Positions 1-9,326 of a stretch of 64,000 nt of DNA are shown here, one piece after another. The position numbers and the translations under genes were made by a program. How positions within the stretch are numbered: position 1 is the stretch's first letter; every line of letters begins with the position of its first letter. Under the pieces are notes generated by a model that searched no databases, had not been told where the DNA came from, and saw only the letters and a program-made list of their open reading frames with translations. Source of the stretch: Candidatus Zixiibacteriota bacterium (GTDB taxonomy: Bacteria > Zixibacteria > MSB-5A5 > UBA10806); contig JAHEDG010000010.1 of NCBI GenBank assembly GCA_024641335.1, positions 9,910 to 73,909 on the forward strand, in the 5' to 3' direction.

Positions 1-783
1 CCTATCGAAAGCGGTGGGCGATCCCCCTCTCTGCAGATGGCCGAGCACAGTTATCTTGGAGATAATCCCTGCGATTTTCGAGAGGTTTCTGCTAACCTGA
101 TAGGCTGTCGAGGCTCCTTCGGCTACGACAATGATATTGGATGTTTTATGTCTTTTATATCGCTCCTTGATCCTGGCGGCAATGCCTTCGAGATCGAAGG
201 TAACTTCAGGTATAATAGCCGCTTCGGCTCCTGTAGTAATCGCGGAAATCAGAGCCAGGTAACCTGATCCTCGTCCCATGACCTCGATAATAAAGGTCCT
301 TTCATGGGATGAAGCGGTATCCTTGATTTTGTCTATGACATCGATAATATTGTTAAGCGCAGTATCTGTCCCCAGGGACATATCGGAGCCGAAGATGTCG
401 TTGTCTATGGAGCATGGAATACCGATGACGGTTACGCCTCGTCCGGCGATCGCGGCCGCACCCCGCAGAGATCCGTCGCCGCCGATAATAATCAGCCCGT
501 CGCATTTATTGGCGATCAGGTTTTTAACCGCTTCTTTCTGGGCTTCATCGTATTTGAACTCCTCGCACCGCGATGAGAGCAGAATCGTACCTCCATGATC
601 GATTATTCCGCTGGTATCTTTAATCTCGAGAAGCGCGCAATCGTTATCGAGAAGCCCCATAAAACCTCTTTTAAAAGCAATTATCTCGATATTTTTCTCA
701 GCGGCGGCGTGCACTACCGCCCTGATGCAGGGATTCATCCCGGGAGCATCACCACCCGATGTCAGCAAAGCGATTCTGTTCAT
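1..783 (-). CDS. pfkA: ATP-dependent 6-phosphofructokinase, 3'-truncated by window edge (N-terminal about 261 aa present)
   Basis: Own translation of the reverse strand from ATG at 783: MNRIALLTSGGDAPGMNPCIRAVV...IIIGGDGSLRGA...EVMGRGSGYLA, the canonical PFK-A motifs (GGDG, MGR). There is no stop before position 1. The three plus-strand ORFs at 37-804 in the track are antisense shadows of this gene. Confidence 0.85.
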   Translation of the reverse strand, partial: MNRIALLTSGGDAPGMNPCIRAVVHAAAEKNIEIIAFKRGFMGLLDNDCALLEIKDTSGIIDHGGTILLSSRCEEFKYDEAQKEAVKNLIANKCDGLIIIGGDGSLRGAAAIAGRGVTVIGIPCSIDNDIFGSDMSLGTDTALNNIIDVIDKIKDTASSHERTFIIEVMGRGSGYLALISAITTGAEAAIIPEVTFDLEGIAARIKERYKRHKTSNIIVVAEGASTAYQVSRNLSKIAGIISKITVLGHLQRGGSPTAFDR

Positions 784-894
784 TTAACCTGCCCCTACTC
801 CTGAATTAAGTCATTCTATAAAGCGCATTATTATACTCTTGATTGAAATATATAGTCAAGGTTTTTATCCTATGACATCAGAAGATCGAAAAGC

Positions 895-927
895 GAAAAA
901 AATAATCCAGGTTTGAGACCGATATTG
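895..927 (-). terminator. candidate intrinsic terminator downstream of rtcB
   Basis: Minus-sense hairpin TTGAGAC-aatatcg-GTCTCAA followed within about 10 nt by a T-rich run (ttattttttt). The stem-to-U spacing is loose, so this is weak. Confidence 0.35.
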
Positions 928-929
928 TC

Positions 930-2375
930 TCAACCTTTAATATTAGCCAGAGGAAGCATGCGGGCCAGTTTTTTCGAGATTCCCGCTCGGCTTACGGTAT
1001 TTACGACTTCGGAAACATCTTTATAGGCGAATCCGGCTTCCTCGGCGAGTCCGGAGTAGGAGGCGGCTCTGACCATTATGCCGTTGTCTTCCATTATTTT
1101 CTGCAGGTCGGCTCCGCGAATCCTTTTCTTGGCGGCCGTACGGGACATGACCCGTCCAGCTCCATGCAGGGTAGATCCGAAGGTCAACTCTTCGGCTTTG
1201 GCGGTTCCGGCAAGAAGATATGAACCTGTTTCCATCGATCCTCCGACCAAAACAGGCTGACCGGTTTGTTTGAAGATTTCAGGAAGTTCAGGATTGCCGG
1301 GGCCAAAAGCCCTGGTAGCACCTTTTCGATGCACCAGAAGCCGAGTGGATTTGCCGTCGATATTATAGCGTTCGAATTTGGCGATATTGTGGGCGACATC
1401 ATAAACCAGCCTCATGCCCAGGTTCTCGGCGGGACGGCCGAAAACGCGGGCGAAAGTTTCCCTTATATGATGAGTAATTACCTGCCGGTTGGCGAAGGCG
1501 GTATTGGCGGCTGATGCCATAGCCCCATAATACGCTTTACCTTCGGGAGAATTTATAGGGGCGCAGGCCAGCTCGCGATCTTTGACAGTTATGCTGTATT
1601 TTCTCATGGCGGCTCCGAAACTTTGCAGATAATCTGTACCAATCTGATGACCAAACCCTCGGGAACCGCAATGAACCATGATGACGATCTGTCCGTTTTC
1701 CTCCAGGCCGAGCATTCGGGCCGTATCCGAATCGCATTCGGAATCGAAGGCTATCCTTTGTATTTCGAGATAATGGTTGCCTGAGCCGAGTGTACCGATC
1801 TGATCCATGCCCCGTTTCAGGGCTTTTTCGGAGACGGCTGCGGGATCGGCTCCAGGGATTTTTCCTGCCTGCTCGATATGATCGATATCGGATTCCCAGG
1901 CATAACCGTTTTCGAGGCACCAGGAAGCGCCATTGACCATAATATCCTCGAACCGGGATTTATTCAGTCTAACCGATCCTGATTTTCCGACTCCGGCAGG
2001 GATGGACGAAAAGAGGGCATCTATAAGTATTTTAAGTTTCGGACGGACCTCTTCTTCACGAAGATCGGTTCTGATCATTCGGACGCCGCAGTTGATATCG
2101 AAACCGATTCCTCCGGGAGAGATTATTCCTTCATCGGAATCGAAAGCGGCAACTCCTCCTATGGGGAATCCATATCCGTGATGGCCGTCGGGCATACACC
2201 AGGCGTACTTTTTTATCCCCGGCAGACAGGCGACATTGGTAATCTGATTGATGACTCCTTCATCCATACCGGTCATGAGACTTTCGGAAGCTATTATTCT
2301 CGCCGGGACTATCATGCCGGGTTTATAATCGGTGGGGATCTCCCAGATGTTTTCTTCTATTCTCCCGCTTTTCAT
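930..2375 (-). CDS. rtcB: RNA-splicing ligase RtcB (3'-phosphate/5'-OH RNA ligase)
   Basis: 481 aa. RtcB hallmark segments are present: GSGNHYLEIQ, HCGSRGFGHQ, and the metal-binding His/Cys pattern. Confidence 0.9.
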   Translation of the reverse strand: MKSGRIEENIWEIPTDYKPGMIVPARIIASESLMTGMDEGVINQITNVACLPGIKKYAWCMPDGHHGYGFPIGGVAAFDSDEGIISPGGIGFDINCGVRMIRTDLREEEVRPKLKILIDALFSSIPAGVGKSGSVRLNKSRFEDIMVNGASWCLENGYAWESDIDHIEQAGKIPGADPAAVSEKALKRGMDQIGTLGSGNHYLEIQRIAFDSECDSDTARMLGLEENGQIVIMVHCGSRGFGHQIGTDYLQSFGAAMRKYSITVKDRELACAPINSPEGKAYYGAMASAANTAFANRQVITHHIRETFARVFGRPAENLGMRLVYDVAHNIAKFERYNIDGKSTRLLVHRKGATRAFGPGNPELPEIFKQTGQPVLVGGSMETGSYLLAGTAKAEELTFGSTLHGAGRVMSRTAAKKRIRGADLQKIMEDNGIMVRAASYSGLAEEAGFAYKDVSEVVNTVSRAGISKKLARMLPLANIKG

Positions 2376-2383
2376 AGTCTAAC

Positions 2384-2821
2384 CTACAGATCGAGTATTA
2401 TCCGAACCGAGTAACCGTCGGACCCTCGTTTGATATCGAGATCATGGAAAGCGACCGCCTTAACATCGGTTTTAATCAGATGATTATTATAATCTATCTT
2501 TTCGCCTTTGACAACAGCATTCAGCTTTACTGCCGACTCATCCACAACGCAGAGGAATTCGGAAAGGAACACTTTTTCGACGTCCTTGATATATATAAGT
2601 TCCGACAGGAATTTAAACAACAATTCCTCGAGATTCTCGCCGTCGAGCAGAATCTGAAATTCGAGACCGGGCTTGACTGATCGCGGATCGGTCATAGCGC
2701 AGAAACAGGCCCAGCCGCAATTGGAAAAGAGCGTTCCCGGGTCATCCCCGTAAGCGTCAAAAATAAAATCTCCGGAAGCGATATCCTCGACGATTTTAAA
2801 TTTCGTCCCCCGGGTAATCAT
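2384..2821 (-). CDS. archease (RtcB activator/chaperone)
   Basis: 145 aa ending ...DGYSVRIILDL, typical archease size and C-terminus. Lies 9 nt upstream of rtcB on the same strand. Confidence 0.75.
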   Translation of the reverse strand: MITRGTKFKIVEDIASGDFIFDAYGDDPGTLFSNCGWACFCAMTDPRSVKPGLEFQILLDGENLEELLFKFLSELIYIKDVEKVFLSEFLCVVDESAVKLNAVVKGEKIDYNNHLIKTDVKAVAFHDLDIKRGSDGYSVRIILDL

Positions 2822-3570
2822 ATCGCCCAGGCCAGGCTGAAAGCGTCCACACGAGCAGCTCCGGCTTTCAGCAAGGCGTCTGAAGCCTCGAAAATGGTCG
2901 CCCCGGTGGTAACGATATCATCAACCAATAAAACTACTTTACCATGCAACTGACAATGGAAATCCTCGTCGACGGCAAAAGCGTTTTTTACATTAGGCCA
3001 ACGTTCTTTCGGGGGCAGGGTTGATTGTTGTCCAGTGGCCCGGATACGCTTTAGTATACGGTTGTTTGTTTCGAGGTTGAGAATTCCGGCTAATTCTGCG
3101 GCGATTATATCGGATTGATTGAAATCGCGCTCTTTTTCCCTTAGAGAATGAAGAGGAACCGGAATAACGAGGTCATATCGGCGGAGCGATATTCTCTCAT
3201 CGAGTGACAAGGCGGCCAGACGGGTCAGAAACGGTCCGATCTCATAGGCGCCTTTGAATTTAAATTCGAGTATCAGGTCTTTGAGGGAGCCGTCATATAG
3301 ACCCCATGAAAAAAGGCGAAGGGTATCGTTTAATAGACATTTATCGCAGGATCCTGCAGCTTTGTCCGGGCGGCGGCAAAAGGGACAGACAGGACCGTAC
3401 CCGGAATTTGAAGTTTGAAGGTTGTTTTGGCAATCGGAACAGAGCAATTGTATCCGATCTATGACATCGCCACGGCAGACCAGGCAGGCTGACGGCGCCA
3501 GGAATTCCTGAAAATCGCGGTAAATCGATTTAATCAGAACTACAGCTCTATCGAGACTCGGAGACAGCAT
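2818..3570 (-). CDS. comF: ComF-family protein (zinc ribbon plus phosphoribosyltransferase domain)
   Basis: N-terminal CxxC...CxxC zinc-ribbon pairs and a C-terminal PRTase motif VVLLVDDIVTTGATI. 4-nt overlap with archease. Confidence 0.75.
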   Translation of the reverse strand: MLSPSLDRAVVLIKSIYRDFQEFLAPSACLVCRGDVIDRIQLLCSDCQNNLQTSNSGYGPVCPFCRRPDKAAGSCDKCLLNDTLRLFSWGLYDGSLKDLILEFKFKGAYEIGPFLTRLAALSLDERISLRRYDLVIPVPLHSLREKERDFNQSDIIAAELAGILNLETNNRILKRIRATGQQSTLPPKERWPNVKNAFAVDEDFHCQLHGKVVLLVDDIVTTGATIFEASDALLKAGAARVDAFSLAWAI

Positions 3571-4384
3571 TGGCAGCCGCCTTTTTGGAGTTCCTGAAGA
3601 ACATAATCATGTATGCAATGATCGCTCCAACTACCAGCAAAAGAGAAAGTGTCTGATTTCGAGAGATGTTTTGTTCACCGATGGAAAAGGCGACCATGGA
3701 TGGCTCATAATAGCGGTAGAAATCGATAATGAATCTCCAGAGGCCGTAGAGACCCAGTGTAATCCAAAATGAGTGGCCGTTGAATTTTTTATATTTCTCG
3801 CTGAAAAGTACAATAGTCAGAATTATAAGTCCGGCCAGCGATGAAAACAGTTGAGTAGGAATCAGCGGAGTATCGGGGAAATGGTATCCCGCGGCGGAAT
3901 CGGGAGGGAAAACCAGTCCCCAATGATCATGGGCCGGAAGACCATAGCAGCAACCGTTAAGGAAGCATCCGATCCTGGCTATCCCGATCCCGAGGGCGAA
4001 CATGGGCATCATGGAATCGCACAGAGGCCAGGGATCGATTTTCTTAATGACGAAAAAGAGAAAAGCCGAGATCAGAGCCAGAAGAACTCCTCCCATCATG
4101 GAAAGCCCTGCTATACCGATAGAACCGTTCTGGAATGGATTGATGATATCGAGAATGTTATTGGAAAATTCATCCAGATGATAAATGACATAGAACAAGC
4201 GTGAGCCTACGACCGAAGAGATCAGGACGATGAAAGAGAGATCGACGACCTGATCGGGATCAATGCCCGCTTTGGCCGCTCTTTTTCTAGCCCACATTAT
4301 ACCGGTTAGGAAAGCGATGGCCAGCATAATGCCATAAGAGCGAATAAAGTGTATTCCAATGAAGCCAAGCGGTTCGGGGTACAT
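3548..4384 (-). CDS. lgt: prolipoprotein diacylglyceryl transferase
   Basis: Polytopic membrane protein with Lgt-like N-terminus (MYPEPLGFIGIHFIRSYGIMLAIAF). The track start at 4399 is a TTG; the ATG at 4384 gives the classic TAATG 1-nt overlap with the rodA stop. Confidence 0.8.
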   Translation of the reverse strand: MYPEPLGFIGIHFIRSYGIMLAIAFLTGIMWARKRAAKAGIDPDQVVDLSFIVLISSVVGSRLFYVIYHLDEFSNNILDIINPFQNGSIGIAGLSMMGGVLLALISAFLFFVIKKIDPWPLCDSMMPMFALGIGIARIGCFLNGCCYGLPAHDHWGLVFPPDSAAGYHFPDTPLIPTQLFSSLAGLIILTIVLFSEKYKKFNGHSFWITLGLYGLWRFIIDFYRYYEPSMVAFSIGEQNISRNQTLSLLLVVGAIIAYMIMFFRNSKKAAANAVSESR

Positions 4385-5589
4385 TAATATTCCTGCCAAT
4401 CTCGGTTAAAAGCCAGTAAAAAACCTATGCAAGCCCAGAAGAATATAAGGGATGAACCTCCATAACTCAAGAACGGAAGCGGCAGACCCGTAACAGGCAT
4501 AAGGCCGATAGTCATTCCGATATTGATCATGACCTGAAAAACCAGCACGGCGGTCATTCCGCAGGCAGCATAACTATAGAATTGATTTCTGGCTTTCAAG
4601 GCGACGGAGAATCCTCGATAAAACAGCCAGAAAAAAAGAGCGATAACCACCATGCATCCCAAAAATCCGAACTGTTCAGCCAGCACAGAGAAGATAAAGT
4701 CGGTATGCTGTTCGGGCAGGAAATCGAGTTTGGTCTGTATTCCTTTCAGGAATCCCTGACCGAAAAATCCTCCGGCTCCGACCGCGATTTTGGATTGGAT
4801 GATCTGATACCCCGCTCCTCTAGGATCCTGTCCGGGATCGAGGAAAGTTATTATTCTCATTTTCTGATAGTCGTGGAGCTGGTTCCATAATACCGGAGTG
4901 ATCATTCCCACCGCGAGATTGATTGAGAGGAAAAAGGCTCCCTGAAGGAACCGCAGTTTGGAGAAGAATATGAGCAGGATCAAGAGGAAAAAGAAAATGC
5001 CCCATGTTATCCAGTGGAATGCGCTGATGACGCTTATAACCGGAGAGATGACCAGGATAATTTGAGGAACGGACAAACCGGACCAGAAGAGTATGGCGAC
5101 AAATACGGCGAAGAATACCAGGGAGCTTCCGAGATCCGGCTGGACGAGAGTCAATAAGGCCGGCACTCCCATAATAATCAGAGCGGCCAGGACCCAGTTC
5201 AGATCGTCGTGTTTTGTTTTTCTGAAGCTCATGAAGCGGGCCAGGGCCAGGATGGCGGCCATCTTGGCGATTTCGGCGGGCTGGATATTAAACGACCCGA
5301 AATGCAGCCAACGTGAAGTGGAGCCGCGGGACATGAACAACACGACAATAAGTAAAACAGCCGCGGCGAAATAATATAGAAAAGCGAAAGCTTCATGGAA
5401 TTTCAATGGAATAGAATAGACCGCCAGGCAAACAGCCAGGCCAAGACCGTGCCAGATAAACTGCCTGTAGAATAGGTTTTTAGCGGCCTCGGAACCGGAG
5501 TAATAAGTAGCGGCGTAAATAAGCCCTACTCCGATCAAGCTAAGCAGTACGGCCGGCAGGAATATTTTCAAATCGAAGGTCTTATTCAT
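4384..5589 (-). CDS. rodA: SEDS-family peptidoglycan polymerase RodA
   Basis: 401 aa, 10-TM FtsW/RodA/SpoVE family (…GAGYQIIQSKIAVGAGGFFGQG…). Directly downstream of PBP2, mreD and mreC. Confidence 0.85.
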   Translation of the reverse strand: MNKTFDLKIFLPAVLLSLIGVGLIYAATYYSGSEAAKNLFYRQFIWHGLGLAVCLAVYSIPLKFHEAFAFLYYFAAAVLLIVVLFMSRGSTSRWLHFGSFNIQPAEIAKMAAILALARFMSFRKTKHDDLNWVLAALIIMGVPALLTLVQPDLGSSLVFFAVFVAILFWSGLSVPQIILVISPVISVISAFHWITWGIFFFLLILLIFFSKLRFLQGAFFLSINLAVGMITPVLWNQLHDYQKMRIITFLDPGQDPRGAGYQIIQSKIAVGAGGFFGQGFLKGIQTKLDFLPEQHTDFIFSVLAEQFGFLGCMVVIALFFWLFYRGFSVALKARNQFYSYAACGMTAVLVFQVMINIGMTIGLMPVTGLPLPFLSYGGSSLIFFWACIGFLLAFNRDWQEY

Positions 5590-7402
5590 CGAGCAATTGC
5601 GTTATATTTTCAGACTGATTTTGAGCGGATTGACGTTGAAGATATTTTTCAATGACTTTCCGAGCCAGTGGTGCGGCTACAGATCCACCGTGACCAGCGT
5701 TTTCGACAATCACTGCCACCGCGATTTGGGGATTTTCGGCCGGGGCGAAGCAGACGAACCAGGCGTGATCGTCACCATGCGGATTTTGAGCCGTACCGGT
5801 TTTCCCGGCGACCGTTATTCCTTTAATGGCGGCTATTCTGGCGGTGCCGTTTTCATTGGTTGTAACCCCAATTAATCCTTCACGCAAAATATCCAGGTTT
5901 TCCTTCTCAATGGGCATATGACCGACTACTTCGGGAGCAACAACTGTGGTATCGCCGTCGGAAGAAATCATATGAGACACAAGCCGAGGCCTATACACAA
6001 TGCCGTTGTTACCCAGCGCGGCAAAAAGGGCGGCCATTTGGAGGGGCGTAACCAGAAGCTCTCCCTGTCCGATGGCCATATTTACGACCAGATATTTGGT
6101 CCAGCCTTTAACTCCATATCTTTTGTCTAAATATGCGGCATCGGGAACTAAGCCGGGATCCTCGGCTGGCAGGTCAATGCCGGTCGGCTTTCCGAATCCG
6201 AAGGCTTTCATCATATAGCTCCAGAGATCGACGCCCTCGCCTACGCCAAGTTGATAGAAATAAACGTCACACGACTGTATTATGGCATCAACCAGATGCA
6301 ATCTTCCATGGCCTCCGGGCCGCCAGCATTTAAAAGATCTGTTACCGAATTTCTTAGCGCCGTAGCAGGGTTCGAAATAGTCATTCGGACCGATTATGTT
6401 ATGTTCGAGTCCGGCGGCGGCGGTGAACAGTTTCATGGTCGAACCGGGCGGATAAGTACCCCTGATACTTCTGTTATACAGCGGATGAAGAGAATCCGAC
6501 ATTACCGCTTTCCAGGCTTCTTCGGAAACGACTCCGGAAAAGAGATTAGCATCGAAATCGGGTACCGAAGCCAGGACCATCACAGCGCCATTCCTCGGAT
6601 CGAGGGCCACAACCGCTCCCGAACCTTTCAGGGCCAATTCGTCCTCGGCTAATTTTTGCATTTCCCAATCCAGTTCGAGCAGAAGAGTCGATCCTTGTAC
6701 CGGCTTGATTCTTTGCTTATCGGTAAGCTCTCCCAGAATTTTCCCTGCGGCAGTGACCTCCATATATTTCAGCCCGGTGATTCCGCGTAATTTATTTTCG
6801 TAGAATTTTTCGAGCCCGTCTTTACCGGCCACGTCGCCCAGGGAACTTCCCTTGTAAGCGTCAGAGGCCAATTCTTTTTCGGTTAACTCACCGACATATC
6901 CCCAGATATGCGATCCATAGTTGTCTACCGGGTAAAACCTGGTCGGCTCAACCTGGAATATAACGCCCGGAAAATCCAGAGTATGTTCTTCTATATAGCA
7001 GACCGTAGCAAAATCAAGATCCCTTTTTAAGCGTATTGGCTGGAACCGTCCCTGCCGGCCTTGTTTTATCCTGTCTCTGATATCCTCCGGTTTGGATTTG
7101 AGGGCTTTACCGAGCAGGACGGAAGCGGAATCGAGGCTAGAGACCTCATAAGGAACCAGGTATATCGAGTATGACGGGCGATTTTTCACCAGAGTTTCCC
7201 CGAATCGATCTTTGATCAATCCTCTGGGAGCGGAGATCGGCACCAATCTTACGCCGTTTTGCTCGCTGGCTCGTTTGTATTCGCCTCCGGCAAACATCTG
7301 CATGCCGAACAACCTGACAGCAATGAAACCCATGAACAAAAAAGACAGAAGCAGCAGAATTCTGTAGTTAAGAACTCTATTTTCGGAGCTGTCTCCGCTC
7401 AC
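5582..7402 (-). CDS. mrdA: penicillin-binding protein 2 (peptidoglycan D,D-transpeptidase)
   Basis: N-terminal TM, dimerisation domain and transpeptidase motifs (STMK in PPGSTMKLFTA; SCD; KTGTA). The track start at 7507 overlaps mreD by 109 nt; an in-frame GTG at 7402 (…VSGDSSENRVLNYR…) gives the typical GTGA 4-nt overlap with the mreD stop. Confidence 0.85.
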   Translation of the reverse strand: MSGDSSENRVLNYRILLLLSFLFMGFIAVRLFGMQMFAGGEYKRASEQNGVRLVPISAPRGLIKDRFGETLVKNRPSYSIYLVPYEVSSLDSASVLLGKALKSKPEDIRDRIKQGRQGRFQPIRLKRDLDFATVCYIEEHTLDFPGVIFQVEPTRFYPVDNYGSHIWGYVGELTEKELASDAYKGSSLGDVAGKDGLEKFYENKLRGITGLKYMEVTAAGKILGELTDKQRIKPVQGSTLLLELDWEMQKLAEDELALKGSGAVVALDPRNGAVMVLASVPDFDANLFSGVVSEEAWKAVMSDSLHPLYNRSIRGTYPPGSTMKLFTAAAGLEHNIIGPNDYFEPCYGAKKFGNRSFKCWRPGGHGRLHLVDAIIQSCDVYFYQLGVGEGVDLWSYMMKAFGFGKPTGIDLPAEDPGLVPDAAYLDKRYGVKGWTKYLVVNMAIGQGELLVTPLQMAALFAALGNNGIVYRPRLVSHMISSDGDTTVVAPEVVGHMPIEKENLDILREGLIGVTTNENGTARIAAIKGITVAGKTGTAQNPHGDDHAWFVCFAPAENPQIAVAVIVENAGHGGSVAAPLARKVIEKYLQRQSAQNQSENITQLLDE

Positions 7403-7887
7403 AATAGCTCCTTGAGGCGGAATTTTTGCTTTAGGAGAAACAGTCCCGCCACGCCGGCCAAACCGGAGTAGACAGCTATCAATACCGAGTCGCTGAACGA
7501 CGCCCATAAATTATTGTAGAAGAAGCCGGGCCAGCTTACCATGACGATAAGAATTTGATAAACAAGAGTAAAAGCGGTTATGGTTATCGACTGGAAAAAA
7601 ATATTATCCAGAAATATTTTCCCCCTGGTAACACCGGCGAAATATCCGACTATGGCTACCAGGAGCGTCATCCAGCCGAGGTTCTGCGGATCCATCAGAT
7701 CCAAACCAAATCCCAGGGCGAATCCGAACCAGAGGCCGAACCTCCATCCTTTTTTCAGGGCTGTCAGCACGACAACGACGATGACAAAATCGGGGTAAAT
7801 ATTGGATACGGCCAGGCGAGGCGAGATAACCACTTGTCCGAAAATCACGAGAAACCAGGATACGGTGACGTAAAAAAGGAACATCAT
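7399..7887 (-). CDS. mreD: rod shape-determining protein MreD
   Basis: 162-aa multi-TM protein between mreC and mrdA. 4-nt overlap with mreC. Confidence 0.7.
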   Translation of the reverse strand: MMFLFYVTVSWFLVIFGQVVISPRLAVSNIYPDFVIVVVVLTALKKGWRFGLWFGFALGFGLDLMDPQNLGWMTLLVAIVGYFAGVTRGKIFLDNIFFQSITITAFTLVYQILIVMVSWPGFFYNNLWASFSDSVLIAVYSGLAGVAGLFLLKQKFRLKELL

Positions 7888-8681
7888 CTCGATTCCTCCC
7901 CGGATAAAACGACGAAAACCTCCTCCAGAACTGAAAAATTGGCTCCGGGCAAAATCTGAATATCCTTAAACAGTTCCCCTTCCTTGATTTGGGCTTCGAT
8001 TATCTGGCCGATATACAATCCTCTCGGGAAAATACCACCAAGCCCGGATGATATGACTGTATCGCCGATGGAAACTTCCAGATCGTATGGCACATTAGTC
8101 AGGGCAAGGAATCGTCCTCCGGCGTAGGATGCGATTCCCTGTACTCTGCCGGACTGTGTTCGCGCAGCTACTTTAAAAGCAGGATCGTACAGAAGCTGCA
8201 CTACGGCATAGTTTTCCTCGGCCGAGATGGTTTTTCCGACTATGCCTGATGGTGTAATTACCGGCATATTAGCTTTTACGCCCGATGATTTTCCAACATT
8301 GATGAGGATCGAATTGAACCGTCCCGTGGGAGTCACGGCGAAAACTTCGGCGGGAATGAGATCCAGCGGCTGATTGACATTGAAGCCCAGCATCTTTCGA
8401 AGCCGTTCATTTTCATATTTATTTTCGATCATAGAAGAGACAATGGTGGAGAGATAATCGAGGCGCCGGTTGAGATATTTGTTGGTCTCGAAGGTGGTAT
8501 CTATTTTTCTTAGGAATGTATCCACCTCGATAAAAGGATATAGAACGGACGATAATCCCAACCTGGAGAGCGTGGATTTATATGACAGCGGCAGGGCAAT
8601 CAGGATAATACAGATGATAACCATGACTGCCAACGGCTGGAATTCGGGACTTCTGAGTATCCCCCTCAGGGAAATTCGCAT
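7884..8681 (-). CDS. mreC: rod shape-determining protein MreC
   Basis: 265 aa with N-terminal TM and coiled coil, then the MreC beta domain (…GIVGKTISAEENYAVVQLLYDPAFKVAARTQ…GLGGIFPRGLYIGQI). Confidence 0.85.
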   Translation of the reverse strand: MRISLRGILRSPEFQPLAVMVIICIILIALPLSYKSTLSRLGLSSVLYPFIEVDTFLRKIDTTFETNKYLNRRLDYLSTIVSSMIENKYENERLRKMLGFNVNQPLDLIPAEVFAVTPTGRFNSILINVGKSSGVKANMPVITPSGIVGKTISAEENYAVVQLLYDPAFKVAARTQSGRVQGIASYAGGRFLALTNVPYDLEVSIGDTVISSGLGGIFPRGLYIGQIIEAQIKEGELFKDIQILPGANFSVLEEVFVVLSGEESR

Positions 8682-9137
8682 TTATTCGTTGGAATCCAAA
8701 ACCTCTATGAGGTCTTCTTTGTATTTTGCTTTCATAAGTTTCTGACGGTTTTTTTCGCTTTTCATCAGATAGGAAAGTTTGGCCATGACATTGAGATGGG
8801 CGCCGATAGCATCCTCGGGGGCAGCGATCAGGAAGAACAAATTGACCGCTTTTCTATCCATGGCGTCGAACTCGACTCCTTCGTTTTTCCGGCCGAAGGC
8901 AATAACTATTCCTTTGACCGCCCTGGTTTTGGCATGAGGGAAAGCGACTCCGTAGCCGACTCCGGTAGTGACCAGTTTTTCGCGGTCGAGCACGGCCTTG
9001 AGGAGTTCCTCTTTATTTTTGACCATTTCGGAGCGCGAGGCCAATTCCACCAGTTCTCCGATAATTTCGTCTTTAGTTTCGCCTTTAAGGTTGAACGATA
9101 TCACATCTTCTTCACAGAATCTCGAGAGCTTAATCAT
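8682..9137 (-). CDS. ptsN: PTS EIIA type-2 domain protein (PtsN / EIIA-Ntr-like)
   Basis: About 150 aa with the phosphorylatable His in GYGVAFPHAKT. The start is placed at the internal MIKLSRF (9137) to avoid overlapping the upstream mini-ORF. Confidence 0.65.
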   Translation of the reverse strand: MIKLSRFCEEDVISFNLKGETKDEIIGELVELASRSEMVKNKEELLKAVLDREKLVTTGVGYGVAFPHAKTRAVKGIVIAFGRKNEGVEFDAMDRKAVNLFFLIAAPEDAIGAHLNVMAKLSYLMKSEKNRQKLMKAKYKEDLIEVLDSNE

Positions 9138-9147
9138 TAATCCTCCA

Positions 9148-9312
9148 TCAAAATCTCTCCGCCTCATCGATAAGCATTACAGGGATATCATCCTCAATTC
9201 TATATCGCAGGCGGCATTTATCACAAATCAGTCTTTCATTATCTTTATCGTATTCCAGATCGCCCTTGCATTTAGGGCAGGCCAGGATATTAAGGAGTTT
9301 TTCGGGCAACAT
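9148..9312 (-). CDS. Trm112/YcaR-like small zinc-ribbon protein (UPF0434 family), missing from the ORF track because it is under 60 aa
   Basis: Own translation: [54 protein letters not shown]. CPxC...C motifs and the DIPVML tail are characteristic of Trm112-like proteins. Confidence 0.6.
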   Translation of the reverse strand: MLPEKLLNILACPKCKGDLEYDKDNERLICDKCRLRYRIEDDIPVMLIDEAERF

Positions 9313-9326
9313 AAAATCCCCAGATT

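Noticed and set aside
37-804. Three plus-strand ORFs (37-267, 278-598, 595-804) at the window start
   Set aside because: They are antisense to a clean, uninterrupted 6-phosphofructokinase reading frame on the minus strand (MNRIALLTSGGDAPGMN…). They are shadow ORFs.
5582-7507. ORF-track start of PBP2 at 7507 (109-nt overlap with mreD), and similar long N-terminal extensions of accA, tatC, nrdR, cutA, ribD, ptsN, lgt and the HEAT protein
   Set aside because: Longest-ORF artefacts (the track also reads TTG/GTG as M). Starts were moved to positions giving canonical 1-4-nt overlaps and family-typical N-termini. The extended versions were rejected.
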